Source: Felis catus
Taxonomy: Eukaryota
Assembly (NCBI RefSeq): GCF_018350175.1
Contig: NC_058383.1
Location: 23,562,001 to 23,626,000 of the forward strand
Length of the DNA: 64,000 bases
Reading direction: 5' to 3'
This document shows positions 11,275-24,263 of this stretch, piece after piece (within the stretch, counting starts at the first letter, position 1; each line of letters begins with the position of its first letter). The position numbers were made by a program, and so were the translations under genes. The notes beneath the pieces were generated by a model. It worked only from the letters and a program-made list of their open reading frames with translations. It had not been told where the DNA came from and ran no database searches.

Positions 11275-11478
11275 GAGCAGTATTTCTTGACCCACGACAA
11301 TTTCATGTGTGAAATTGAAATGCTAGCGTCCATAAGTAAAGTTTCATTGGAACAGGGCCATGGCCGTTCATTTCTGTATTATCTACGGCCGCTTGCACAC
11401 TCCCACAGAGACTGTGCGATCTACAAAGCCGAAAATATTTATTCTCTGTCCTATGCTGAAAAGTCTGCCAAGCCCGCT
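11275..11478. mobile_element. MER58-like hAT-Charlie fragment
   Basis: aaagtttcattggaacag...ttcatttctgtattatctacggc...caaagccgaaaatatttattct...aaaagtctgcca. Confidence 0.65.
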
Positions 11479-11669
11479 TTCAGAGCTACACGCTTCCATA
11501 TTTACAGAAGAAATGTGGTGTTGGAGATGGCTTGAAAATAATAGGGGAGGGAGTAGGTGGGAGGTGGTTATGGGTTGCCAACTGAAGCTGAGTGATGAGT
11601 ACATGAGGTTCGTTAAATTCTTATGTCTCCTTTTGTAGGTGTTTGAAATTTTCCATGTAAGTGATTTTT

Positions 11670-12402
11670 TTTTAATTTTTTTTTAACCTTTATTTACTTT
11701 TTTGAGACGGAGAGAGACAGAGCATGAACGGGGGAGGGGCAGAGAGAGAGGGAGACACAGAATCCGAAACAGGCTCCAGGCTCTGAGCTGTCGGCACAGA
11801 GTCTGATGCGGGGCTTGAACTCCCAAGCTGTGAGATCGTGACGAAAGCCAAAGTTGGATGCTTGACCGACTGAGTCACCCAGGTGCCCCAGTTGGTCATT
11901 ATTCTTGAGCACTATTATGTGCCAGGCACTAAGCTATGTACTTGTGGCAAGGATTTGTATTTGCAGGGCCTTTTTTTTTTTTTTAAATTTTTTTTTCAAC
12001 GTTTATTTATTTTTGGGACAGAGAGAGACAGAGCATGAACGGGGGAGGGGCAGAGAGAGAGGGAGACACAGGATCGGAAACAGGCTCCAGGCTCCGAGCC
12101 ATCAGCCCAGAGCCTGACGCAGGGCTCGAACTCACGGACCGCGAGATCGTGACCTGGCTGAAGTCGGACGCTTAACCGACTGCGCCACCCAGGCGCCCCA
12201 ACGTTTGTTTTCATTTTGAGAGAGAGACAGAGAGAGTGCAAGCAGGGGAGGGGCAGAGAGAGAGGGAGACACAGAATCGGAAACAGGCTCCAGGCTCTGA
12301 GCCATCAGCCCAGAGCCCGACAAGGGCTCGAACTCACAGACTGTGAGATCACGACCTGAGCCGAAGTCGGACGCTCAACCGACCGAGCCACCCAGGCGCC
12401 CC
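11670..12402 (-). mobile_element. Composite block: three CanSINEs (11670-11889, 11971-12198, 12199-12402) plus an 80-bp spacer, within one TSD
   Basis: catgtaagtgattttt 11654-11669 vs catgtaaatgattttt 12403-12418. Confidence 0.85.
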
Positions 12403-12474
12403 CATGTAAATGATTTTTAAAAGAGAAAGCAACAGAGGAGACTGTGTGATTTTAGTGAAAGAAGGTGGAGAGCA

Positions 12475-12665
12475 GGGCGCCTGGGTGGCTCAGTCACTTA
12501 AGCCTCTGACTCTTGGTTTCAGCTCAGGGCATGGTTTGTGAGTTCCAGCCCCACATCAGGCTCTACTCTGATCCATGTGGAGCCTGCTTGGGATTCTTAC
12601 TCTTCCCGTCCCTCTGGAGCTGTCTCTCTTAAATAAATAATTAATTAATTAAAAAAAAAAAAAAA
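12475..12665 (+). mobile_element. CanSINE
   Basis: Typical motifs. Confidence 0.85.
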
Positions 12666-13788
12666 GAGGGTGGACAGATGATGGGGAAAGGGGAAGGAAG
12701 CTGATAGGATGGGCTGATAGGGTGGGCACCACCAGGAAAACAGGCGGGTCTTTCAGGTCAAGTGGAAGGAGGAGGGAGGACCACTCAAAATTTATAGGTC
12801 ACATCAGATAAAAACTGGGAGCTGTGTTCTGCTTCATCTCACTCTCAGGCAACCCACACCCCAACTACAGGACACCATCCTCTTGGGGGTACTAACAGGA
12901 ACTTGAAGGGAACCCCCATAATACACAGCCACGGTTTCTTAAGATTATTTTATAGGCCCCCCAGCATTCTTTCATACAGATTTCCCTGGTATTATCTAGC
13001 TTTCTTGAGCAAACAGATTCCTTAACCCCCAAGGGCACTTCCACAACCAGCTCCGCAAACAATTATGCTCATTTTACCGCCCAGGGCAAAAACAAACTGA
13101 AACTTTTGAAACCTACAAACACCAGAAGGTGCAAACTGCCAACAGGTTTGGAGGGAAGAGGATCGCAAAGCACTTTGTAGACCTGTTCTGCCCCACCAAT
13201 CCCACCCCCAAGGCTGGTGCATTCAACTCTCATAATAACTCTTACTGGGTTTGGGTCTTTGGGGCTTTGGGGAAACTTTGGCCCTTTTTTCTCCCTTCCC
13301 TTTTGGTCAGCTGCCCTGGGGCATTGGCCTCATTCACAATTCTCCAGTTTCCCAGACAATGAGCCTTCTTGTGCTTATTGCCAGCATCTCCCTATTAACT
13401 GTACGGAGAGGTGTATGATTACTGAAACAGATGCCCTGCTTTCTGCTGCACATAATGTCTTCTTTCCAAGGAAACCCCAGAGCATCACCAGTACGGGATT
13501 TGGTTTTAATTAAAAGCTCTTTGGGCCATTCTCTTTCAGGAGGCTGGCCAAAAGGACTGAATGGAGTGTGCAGAGCAATAATGATTTGGGGGTTGATTGC
13601 TTTCTCCAAGGGCCCCTCCCCTTCCCCACCCACCCCCACCGGGTCCCACCACTGCCCAGCCACCTGCAGACTGGTGGAAATCAGGCAGGCTAGGGCTGCC
13701 TTGGTGGAACCTATGAAAACAGCAACAATAACCACAAACCAGAAAGGAACAGTTTCCCGAGAAACCACGAGGGAGAATTTAGATGAGC

Positions 13789-14112
13789 AGGGAGACCAAC
13801 CATCCTAGTTTCCCTGGACTGAGGGGTTTCCTGGGACACACAGTTCAGCTTTAAAACAGGAAAAGTTGTGGGGCGCCTGGGTGGCTCAGTCGGTTGAACA
13901 TCCAACTTTGGCTCAGGTCATGATCCTGTGGTTCTGAGTTCAAGCCCCAGATCGTGCTTTCTGGGGTCAGCCTGTTAGCACAGAGCCTCCTTGGGATCCT
14001 CTGTCCCCTTCTCTCTGCTCCTCCCCCGCTTGCACTACCCCCCCCCCAAAAGATAAATAATAAAAAAAACAGGATAAGTAGCAGGCAAAGCAGGATAAGC
14101 TGGTCACCCTAC
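13789..14112. mobile_element. MER94/MER81-like hAT-Blackjack MITE split by a CanSINE (13869-14070)
   Basis: Terminal inverted repeats agggagaccaac ... gctggtcacccta. Confidence 0.65.
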
Positions 14113-15193
14113 AGATGAGAAACATTTCATCCTCTATGAAACTTGCTGAAATGCTGGGAATTTCCCCCAATTTTGGCACATCCCATCCCAAACACAAACC
14201 AACAAACAATTCACAATTATATGGAGTTTTACTGTCTGCAAAGCAGCCCGATGTAAGGTCTGCATCATGGGTGCATATATATGGGCCATACAGATACTAA
14301 CTTGGAGATTTTCCAGCGAAAAAAAAAAAATCACGGTACAATTTTCATTGCTATTAATGCAAAGTGGGCGGACTTGTCTGGCTTGTAGAATAACAGGCTG
14401 ATTGAACTGGATTTGGTGTTAGAATGGCCAGGCTCACAGCAGGCACACAAGTCAAAAGACTGCTTACTTTCTGGACTAGAGGCATGGAGGCCTGAGCTCT
14501 TGCCCCAGCTCTGCCTTTGAGGGGAAGACTCTGGACAGACCTTCCCCTTCCTCTTTTAGTCTCAGGGGGACAAAATGGAAGGTTTGGGATTCTGAGATAA
14601 AAGGAGAGGAAGAAAAGTCTCACTGAGCACCTACCATGTGCCAGCATCACGCCAGACCCTCCCCTCCACTTACTCTCTCCAACACACCGAAGGTTTACTT
14701 TCCTGGGTTTCACAAATGAGTTCATGGAAACACGAGGTCACACAACAAGCAGATAACAGAGAGGGAGTCCCAATGCAGGGCTGCCTGGCTAGTCATGATC
14801 CCAGCAACTACCGAATGAGAGAGAACTAAGTACGCGTCCCTCTAAATACCCGGTCTCAATGAATCCTTGCAGAACCTTTGAGGCAAATATTACCATTATC
14901 TCTGCTTCTCAGAGAAGGAAACTGGTTACAAGAAGTCAAACCACCGGCCCAAGGTCACACAGCTACTGAGTGGAAGGGTGGGTGCCCAAACCCAGAGCCC
15001 AGATCCCAAGCACTGACCAGCTCTGCCCCCCAGCCTCTCTGCTCAGCACCTGGAACCTAAAACTCCAGGTGGCCAGTGCCATCTCAAGGATAGGAGCTCC
15101 ACTTTAATTTGAACCACCCAATTTGTGCTCTTGAACAAACTCCTTAACCTCTCCGGGCTTGCATTTCCTCCTCTATACAATGGGGATGGCGAA

Positions 15194-15312
15194 AGTACCT
15201 CCCTCAGGAAGGCTGTTGTTAGCATTTGCAAAGTTCATCAATTGATTCAAAGCAGTACCTCCCTCAGGAAGGCTGTGTTAGCATTTGCAAAGTTCATCAG
15301 TTGATACCAAGC
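15194..15312. repeat. Tandem duplication of a ~60-bp unit within a MIR remnant
   Basis: agtacctccctcaggaaggctg(t)tgttagcatttgcaaagttcatca(a/g)ttgat..aagc twice (15194-15253, 15254-15312). Confidence 0.9.
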
Positions 15313-15416
15313 AGTGCTGATGTAGGTGCTATTTGCTTTGGGTGCATTTCCCATTTCTTGCTCTCAACAGCCAAGAGGTAAAATATGGGAAATATGTAAA
15401 GAATTGCCTTGTATAG

Positions 15417-15940
15417 GATACAAGTGTGCTGTTTCGAAGAGACACATGCACCCCAATGTTTATAGCAGCACTATCAACAATACCCAAAGTATGGAAAGAG
15501 CCCAAATGTCCATCAATGGATGAATGGATAAAGAAGATGTATATATATACACACACACACACAATGGAGTATTACTCAGCAATCCAAAAGAATGAAATCT
15601 TGCCATTTGCAACTACGTGGATGGAACTGGAGGGTATTATGCTAAGTGAAATTAGTCAGAGAAAGACAAATATCATATGACTTCACTCATATGAGGACTT
15701 TAAGAGACAAAACAGATGAACATAAGGGAAGGGAAACAAAAATAATATAAAAACAGGGAGAAGTACAAAACAGAAGAGACTCATAAGTATGGAGAACAAA
15801 CTGAGGGTTGCTGGAGGGGTTGTGGGAGGGGGGATGGGCTAAATGGGTAAGGGGCACTAAGGAATCTACTCCTGAAATCATTGTTGCACTATATACTAAC
15901 TAATTTGGATGTCAATTTAAAAAAAGTAAAATTAAAAAAA
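15417..15940 (+). mobile_element. 5'-truncated carnivore L1 (ORF2 C-terminus and 3' UTR)
   Basis: CTPMFIAALSTI..WKEPKCPS.DEWIKKM..MEYYSA..KNEILPFATTWMELEGIMLSEISQ; TSD gccttgtatag 15406-15416 / 15946-15956. Confidence 0.92.
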
Positions 15941-16189
15941 AAATAGCCTTGTATAGAAAATAGGTAAAGAACTGAGCCAGCACTGGCACATATAAACACT
16001 CAGTGAATGAGGGCTATTATTATTAGTGCTATTATTTTTGCAGCTGCTGTCATTATTACAAACGTTTCCATCATTGCTTTTCTTATTACTATTATTAAGT
16101 GGGTTTGAATCCCTTTCCTGGAAGTTTACACACACAGACACACACACACACCCCATCAAGAGCCCTTAAAGGCTCTGTGTCTGCCCTTG

Positions 16190-16580
16190 GCTCGCTCTCC
16201 TTTCTCGCGGCCCCCACGGCTGCAACCCACCCCAGCCCCTTGCACCTTTTCTGCCCCTTCCCTGGGGAGACCCCGTGGCGCGCCCCCGGCCCGCGCACGA
16301 CCCCTGCGCCCCGGCCCGCCAAGCGCGCCTCACCTGCGGTGCCGGCTCCACCGCTGTGACTCGCGCGTGAGGGGCGAGGGGCGTGGCCACAGAGCTCACC
16401 AGGGGCGGGGGCGAGCGGTGGGGGCGGCGCCAATCTGCCGGGCTCGACCTCCACTCCCGCAGGGGAGAGTGGAAACGCCGCAGCCGCGGGGTCACAGCCG
16501 GCGCCTGGGGCTTCCTCTCCAGACTCCGGTGTGCTGCCTGAGGACGGGCGAAATGCACTCTGCCCCGCCCCTCTCTGAGA
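16190..16580 (-). promoter_or_regulatory. OTOA: CpG island, probable OTOA promoter and non-coding exon 1 (donor after 16334)
   Basis: Only CpG-dense GC-rich island in the window; GC boxes at ~16377-16386, 16402-16411 and 16562-16570; CCAAT 16430-16434; minus-strand CAG|GTGAGG donor at 16334/16333; the first coding exon has an acceptor, so an upstream exon is needed. Confidence 0.75.
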
Positions 16581-16778
16581 TTGCAGCCAGGGAAGGAGGT
16601 TGAAAAGTTAAAGATAGAGCCACCAATTGCAACGTAGGGACTTTATTCGGATCCAGATGCAAACAGACTGTTAACAAATTATAAGACTGTCGGAGCAACG
16701 TGATCACTGGATACGTAAAGGCTACGTTTTTTAGTTGTGAGCATTGTAATGTGGTTCTCTTAAAAGTCCTTATGTTTC

Positions 16779-17225
16779 GGGGGCACCTGGGTGGCTCAGT
16801 CAGTTAAGCATGTGACTTTGGCTCAGGGCATGATCTCCTGGTTAGTGGGTTCAAGCCCCATGTGGGGACTTGTGTGGATGGCTCAGAGCCTGGAGCAGGC
16901 TCGGATTTGGTGTCTCCCTCTCTCTTTGCCCCTCCCCTGCTCACACACACTCTGTCTCTCTCACTCTCTCAAAAATAAATAAACATTAAAAAAAATTTTT
17001 TTTAATCCCATGGGGCACCCGGGTGGCTCAGTCGGTTAAGCACCTGACTTCGGCTCAGGTCATGGTCGCACGGTTTGTGGGTTCCAGCTCTGTGTAGGGC
17101 TCTGTGCTGACAGCTCAGCGTCTGGAGCCTGCTTCGGATTCTGTGTCTCCCTCTCTCTGCCTGCCCCTTTCCCTGCTCCCGCGCTCTGTCTCTCAAAAAA
17201 AGTAAATGTTAAAAACATTTTTAAA
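16779..17225 (+). mobile_element. Two tandem CanSINEs (16779-17005, 17012-17225)
   Basis: Typical motifs. Confidence 0.9.
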
Positions 17226-18049
17226 TGGGCATTAACAAAGACCATGTAATAGTAATTCAAGGAAATGATTTTATAATTAAAAAAAGCCAAATATTAAGTA
17301 TCATGTGCATGCACTTTTATTAAAACTGGGAGGAAGTACACTGAAGTCTTGGGTTTGCATGGTGGGATTCTGCAGAACTGTTTTACATCTTTTCTAGTGA
17401 AAATATAATTGTGAACTCTAGAGATTTTCTGGCAATCGTTCAACTTTAATGAAACACATCTCAATACATGAACATTTTTAAATAGCTAAAATGCCTAATG
17501 CTGACATTATTTTGTCAGAGCAAAATTAGACCTTCTCTTCAGAAATGGCCACCTGTACTGTTCTGTTGCTCTCTGGTTGATATCGATATAATACTAGTGT
17601 TCAGCGTTGTCAAAAAAATCCTTTTATCCCTTGGTTTCGTCCGTTAACCAAGAAGCTTACTCTCAAGCCTTAAATGGTGGGAAATCTCTTCCATCGTTTG
17701 TCAACTTTTGATTTAGAAAATAGGTATCTGTGAGTTTCACATAACTCATCCTGCAAGGATAAAATTTTTACATTTTTACATTTCATTTTTACATTTTCTA
17801 ACGTTAAAAGCTTATAAACGTGTATATGTGTGGGTATACACGGCATAGAAAAAAAGTCCAGGAGAGCACATACCAAAATGTTAATACTGTTCTCTCAGGT
17901 TTGTAGATTGGTAGTTTATTTGTGTTTTCTTCATTTCGCCTTCTGTAGATTTATTTTTTTGGTAACAAACATGTCACTTATAATACAAAAAGCAGCAAAG
18001 GCTTTATGATCAGTCACAGCCACCTTATAAATAATAAAAACAAGGTGGC

Positions 18050-18471
18050 AGGGGTGCCTGGCCGGCTCAGTCTGTAGAGCATGTGGCTCTTGATCTTGGG
18101 GTTGTGAGTTCAAGCTTCATGTTGGGTGTACAGCTGACAGTTAAAAAAGAAAAAGAAAAAGAAAAAAAAGGAAAAAGGTGGCAAAATCAAGTGTAGGAAA
18201 AACTGTTTTGTTCTGCTGAGTATAAAAAAGATTGCCAGTATATTCTCAACTACCTCAACTCTAATACCATTTGACAATTTTTGAGGGTTCAAGGACATTT
18301 AAAACCAACATTCTGGGGGCACCTGGGTGGCTCAGTAGTTAAGTAAGTGTCTGACTTCAGCTCAGGTCATGATCTCGTGGTTTGTGAGTTGGAGCCCCAT
18401 GTCTGTGCTGACAGCTCAGAGCCTGGAGCCTGCTTTGGATTCTGTGTCTCCCTCTCTCTCTGCTCCTCCCC

Positions 18472-18524
<53 letters not shown>

Positions 18525-18550
18525 AAAAATACATAAACATTTAAAAAATA
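18050..18550 (+). mobile_element. Short CanSINE (18050-18175) and full CanSINE (18315-18550)
   Basis: Typical motifs. Confidence 0.88.
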
Positions 18551-19004
18551 CATATTCTGCATTGACTCCTAAACAGGATATAAGAAAACAGCATCTGGGT
18601 ATTGTATCTGTTCTTAATTATTTTCTAGGACTTAAGAAGTGCAGGTGTATAAGACATTCCAATTTTACATGGTCATTTATTTGCGGGGGGGGGGGTGGGA
18701 ATCTTTTCATTTTTACATATACAATATTGAAAATGATTCTTAAATGGCCTTGTAACAACAATGCACTATTTAATTCATGAGAATACAGCATATTGACTCT
18801 AAAATCCAGAGGGAAATCTTAAGTTCTAGTTATGTAATAATACTCTCCTAATTCTCCAAAAGTATACAATTTCGTAGCTAAAAAGAAGTACTTTGGTATC
18901 AGCACGGATTCCAATTCAGTGATATCAATATAAATAGCAAGCCACAAAGCACCAGTTACTAGTAAATGAAACCCAATGCCATACCAGTTGTGCTATAAAA
19001 ACAA

Positions 19005-20720
19005 ATCATTAGGGAATCCAAATCAAAACCAGGAGATAACACCTCACATCCATTAGGATGGCTACTATCAAGAAAAACAGGGGCGCCTGGGTGGCTCAGT
19101 CAGTTGAGCATCCTACTTCGGTTCAGGTCATGATCTCACGGTTCGTGGGTTCAAACCCTCTCCTGCTTTGTGCTGGCAGTTCAGAGCCTGGAGCCTGCTT
19201 TGGATTCTGTGTCTCCCTCTCTCTCTGCCAGGACAAATACTGTATAATTCCACTTACGTGAGGAACCTAGAATAGTCAAATTCATAGAAAGCAAAATGGT
19301 GGTTGTCAGGGGCTAGAGGAAGGGGAAATGGGAAGTAATGGGTACAGAGTTTCAGTTTTATGAAATGAAGAGTTCTAAAGACAGACGGTGGTGATGGTTG
19401 CACTGCGTGAATGTACTAAATACCACTATACACCTAAAGATGGTTAAGAGGTAAATGTTATGTGTATTTTACTACATCTTAAAAAATTGGAAGAGAGGGG
19501 CGCCTGGGTGGCTCAGTAGGTTAAACGTCCAACTTTTGGTTTAGGCTCACGTCATGATCTCACAGTTCGTGGGATTGAGCCCCTCATTGGGCTCTGTGCT
19601 GACATCTGTCAGAAGGCTCTGTGCTGTGAGACAGCCATCAGCACAGTCTGCATAGGCTTCTCTCTCTCTTCTCTCTCTGCCCTCCCCCCTCAAATAAATA
19701 CACTTTAAAAGAAATTGGAAGAGAAATAATGGTACTGTTGTCAGGGAACACTAATAATTTTTAAAGTAAGCAACTAAATGGGATACGGTATTCTGAACTG
19801 GCTCCTAAAACAGAAAAGGTTCATTAGTGGGAAAATGGGCAAAATCCCAATGCTCTGTAGTTTAGTTAATATGCCAATGCTAATTTCTTAGTGTTGGCAA
19901 ACAGGTCATAGCTACATAAAATGTTAATATTAGGTGGGCGCCTGGATGGCTCAGTTGGTTATGTGTCCGACTTCGGCTCAGGTCATGATCTCAGTTCGTA
20001 GGTTTGAGCCCCACATTGGGCTCTGTGCTGCCCGCTAGGAGCCTGGAACCTGCTTCGATTCTGTGTCTCCCTCTCTCTCTGCCCCTCCCCCGCTCCTACT
20101 CTGTCTCTGTCTCTGTCTCTGTCTCTCAAAAGTAAATAAACATTGGGGCGCCTGGGTGGCTCAGCTAAGCAGCTGACTTCGGCTCAGGTCATGATCTCGT
20201 GGTCCGTGAGTTTGAGCCCCGTGTCGGGCTCTGTGCTGACAGTTCAGAGCCTGGAACCTGTTTTGCTTTCTGTGTCTCCCCCTCTCTCTGACCCTCCCCT
20301 GTTCATGCTCTGTCTGTCTCTGTCTCAAAAATAAATAAACGTTAAAAAAAATTTAAAAAAAGTAAATAAACATTAAAAAAAAAGTTAACATTAGGGAAAT
20401 TAGGTTAAAGGTGTACAGGAACTCTTTAAACTATCTCTGCAAAATTTCTCTAAATCCAACGTTATACCAATATAGAAAATTTATTTAAAAATAAATTTTT
20501 TAGGAGCACCTGGGTGGCTCAGTCAGTTAAGTGTCCGACTTTGGCTCAAGTTGTGATCTTGCGGTTTGTGGGTTCAAGCCCAGCGTCGGGCTCTGTGCTG
20601 ACAGCTCACATTCTGGAACCTGCTTTGGATTCTGTGTCTCCCTCTCTCTGTCCCTTCCCCACTCATGCTCTGTCTCTGCCTCCCAAAAATAAATAAATGT
20701 TAAAAAAAATTTTTTAATAA
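19005..20720 (+). mobile_element. Old L1 3' remnants interrupted by CanSINEs (19080-19228, 19497-19710, 19935-20142, 20145-20385, 20503-20720)
   Basis: L1MB-type aggacaaatactgtataattccactt...gggtacagagtttcagtttt; L1MC-type ggaactctttaaactatctctgcaa; SINE motifs. Confidence 0.8.
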
Positions 20721-21820
20721 GTTTTTTTAAAGTGACAACTTGAAAAACTTCAAATTAATTCATACATAGAAGACAAAGACAACACGTATATTAGAATCAA
20801 TAAAGGAAGCAGTGAAATATGAATGCCTATACATAGCTACAGTAGATATAAAATTTTAATTTTTATTGTGCTGTTCCCTGTTGCCTAACTATTGTCTCAT
20901 CATCCACTAACTGCAAAAAGGCAGGCTGTCGAATTTTATATTGCAGCAATATTTCCTTAATGATTCTGGGTGTGTATTTCCACTTAGATTACAAATGTTT
21001 CTTAGCGTGATTACAGTATGAACTTCTTCTGCCAGTTCATGATGGCGTATCTTTGATAAGTTGGTTGTAAGTTTGTGAGCATCTGGTTTCAAACCAACTG
21101 GAAGCCCCAGTACGTGCTCAGTGGGTGCCCAGGTGGTACGTGTCAGACCAGACTGGCCCTGACTCAGTGCTCCGTTTTCCAACCGGAACATGGATGTGCC
21201 GGCTAGAATCTTATTTGGATGGTACTCAGCTATCCGCACAAATGTGGTAGATCACCTTCAGTCACTGGAGGTCCACGTTGAGTATGTGCTGTAGTTGTTA
21301 GAAAAAAGGATCATGAAACATGTCTATCAGTAACCAAGTAGTGGGAAGCAACTGACGCAAATAACTTCAGTATGAATCCATTTAAACACTGTGTTCAGAT
21401 CTAAGTGAAAACAAAGCTTTAATCAGCAAAAGGACGTGAACCAACTAAGTTTTACTTTATTTTCCAGCCCAGCTTCTTTTCTGTTGAAGGTCAACTCTCT
21501 AAAAACCGGGAAGACATACAGAAGGGTAAAATATACTATCATCGTTAACTACTCTGCACAAGGGAGCAATGGCTGAGGGTATTGTATCTTCTCTCCTTCC
21601 CTCCTCTGTAATCAGCAGCCTGAACACTCAAGGGGTTTACCCTGCAGCTACAAGGAGCTGGGAATCACAGGTGCAGCTTGCCTTAACTTTCCCCATGACC
21701 TTCCAGGTCAATAGGTTAACTTGCTTTGACCACAAATACGTCTCTTCTTAATTTCTCTAGCACAATCTTAAACTTGATACGAAGCACTTACACAAGGAAT
21801 GGTGCAGAAAAGAAGGCAGC

Positions 21821-23852
21821 TTTATTGCACTTTGGGGAAAAAACAGGATTCCATGGGTGGGGGAAGGGGGGGGCAGGGAGGAAAGCCAAGGATACTCAGT
21901 AAGCAATACTGCCACCTAGTGGAGTGGTCACACGCCAGCAAGACTTTCAAGATCAGGTTCACAAATGTGATTGGATTTGCTTATTTAAATTTTCATCATA
22001 AAACGGAACTTTTAATATGCTGGTCTTCAGAGAACCTCAGATTTTGAGAAACGATTTGTATCCGTGCAATGCATAAATGAATGTGCTTGCCCTGCTTTCT
22101 TTTGGATAAAGAGAGGGTTTTTTTTTTTTAAATAGACTATCAAATTAATTCTTGATTTCCAAATTATAAAACTTTGCAGCAACCTGCTTCTTTGAATATC
22201 CATCACTCTTGCTCTCTTGCTTGACAGTCTAAACGGCAAGATTATGACAATTTCTAAAGAAACAAAACTCAACTATGTAATAACTACATTAAGTTCACTC
22301 ATTTCCTCTATTTTTATAATCTAGGGTGCTAAGTATTTGCACTTCACTTATTTGAATTCCACAGAAAAAAGCACTAGAATGAACCAATAAAAATTTTGCA
22401 TAAGTCACATAACCCAACTCTTCTTATGACAACACGATAACAGTGACAGATACTGGTGTGAGGATGTGGGAATGCTGTTCTTAATGAATAATAAAGTAAT
22501 TCTTCCCAAGGCTTTAATTCTCCTTTATACCCAGGTGTTGCAGTAAATGTGTTGACTTGATGACTTCTATGAGCATATAAATGAGAATATTTAATGAAAC
22601 ACCTGGCTGACAAAAAAAGGAACAAAGTCATGAGAATAACATATTGTTAATAACCGCAATCTCAAATCCACGTCTCTGTTATTACTGAGATTTTAGATTC
22701 CGGGTTAAGTGCTCTGCTCTCTTTGGAATGTACACAATGGTTATTGATCTTGCTAATGAGTTCCTCTATTGCAACATTTGTGGGTATATGGTTGGAGGCA
22801 CTCACGGATTCTAGAATGTATGAGTCTGACATGGTCTTTCTTCATCAATCCATATTCTTGGCAAATAAAGTCAGGAAAGGATTTTAGGAAGAACCAGATT
22901 CTGGGAAAGAGGTATACACGTGTGGAGTGAGAAGTTGAATTAAAACATTTTTAGGCAGACTGCATTTTGTCAGCAGGCGAGTGAATGTTTCAATTCTGAG
23001 AGCCTGAGACTGTCTAGGAAAACACAATTCTGAGTATAGGGTGGAAGTTATAACAGAGACAGAAGCCAGTGTTTTGCATTTGCCAAAGCAAATAGGACAT
23101 GGGCATGGGGGGTGATCCCTGAAGTATGTGACCTGAATGAGGTTGTCTGAGGGTTAGACTGCCTCACGGTTCACCACAATTTGCAATAATCCTCGCAGGC
23201 CCCCACCCAGTCCCACCCAGTCCCAGTCAGAAGCCTTTCTTTATGGCAAGTCAACCACACCTTGCACACAATGCTACTGTTTGGGCACCCCTGAAGCCAA
23301 AACAACAGAAGATCCCAGGGGAGCCTTACATTAATTCAAACAATGCCAGAGTCATCTCCAAAAAAGTTTATTAGCATGATTAAAAACATTTTTTGAATAA
23401 TGACAGAAAGAATTTCTAAACATGAAAGAGTATCAGTGGCTATACCTTATAACCAAATATTTGCAATCGAATGGACAGCTTTATTGCCAGTCTTCATTTT
23501 ATTAAAAACAATCCATATTTATTGGTTCCATGTGAAGTCATGACTATTGCTTTGACTGAGAATGAGTCCCTACTGCAATTAAGTATAAAAAATATCTTCC
23601 ATAATTGGAGTGTGGCCTGTATTACTGAGTAAAGAGTTGATAAAAATCCTCAAAGAGTTGGGTTTTTGTTTTTTAAAAACATTCCTTTTACACACTACAA
23701 AGAAATAATTAGTATTTTGGCTCTTTAAATTCCTACATGATATTTAGAATGGCAGTCCCCAGAGGTCCTCCCTTTACAGAATCGCCAACGCAGACCCTCT
23801 TCTGAAGTGTACATTCTTGGGTTGGGCTCTGAAGACTTGGGCCTCCGCGTGT
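21821..23852 (-). other. METTL9: METTL9 3' UTR with candidate AATAAA signals (+ strand tttatt at 23498-23503, 23480-23485, 23367-23372, distal 21821-21826)
   Basis: SINE-free stretch directly after the stop codon; several minus-strand AATAAA hexamers; true 3' end cannot be determined from sequence. Confidence 0.6.

Positions 23853-24263
<411 letters not shown>

Noticed and set aside
13022..13808. Overlapping 98-144 aa ORFs in repeat-poor OTOA intron 1 sequence
   Set aside because: No recognisable protein family or splice structure; consistent with chance ORFs, though a regulatory role cannot be excluded
16095..16603. Several Pro/Arg/Ala-rich ORFs on both strands
   Set aside because: Expected stop-poor frames of a GC-rich CpG island
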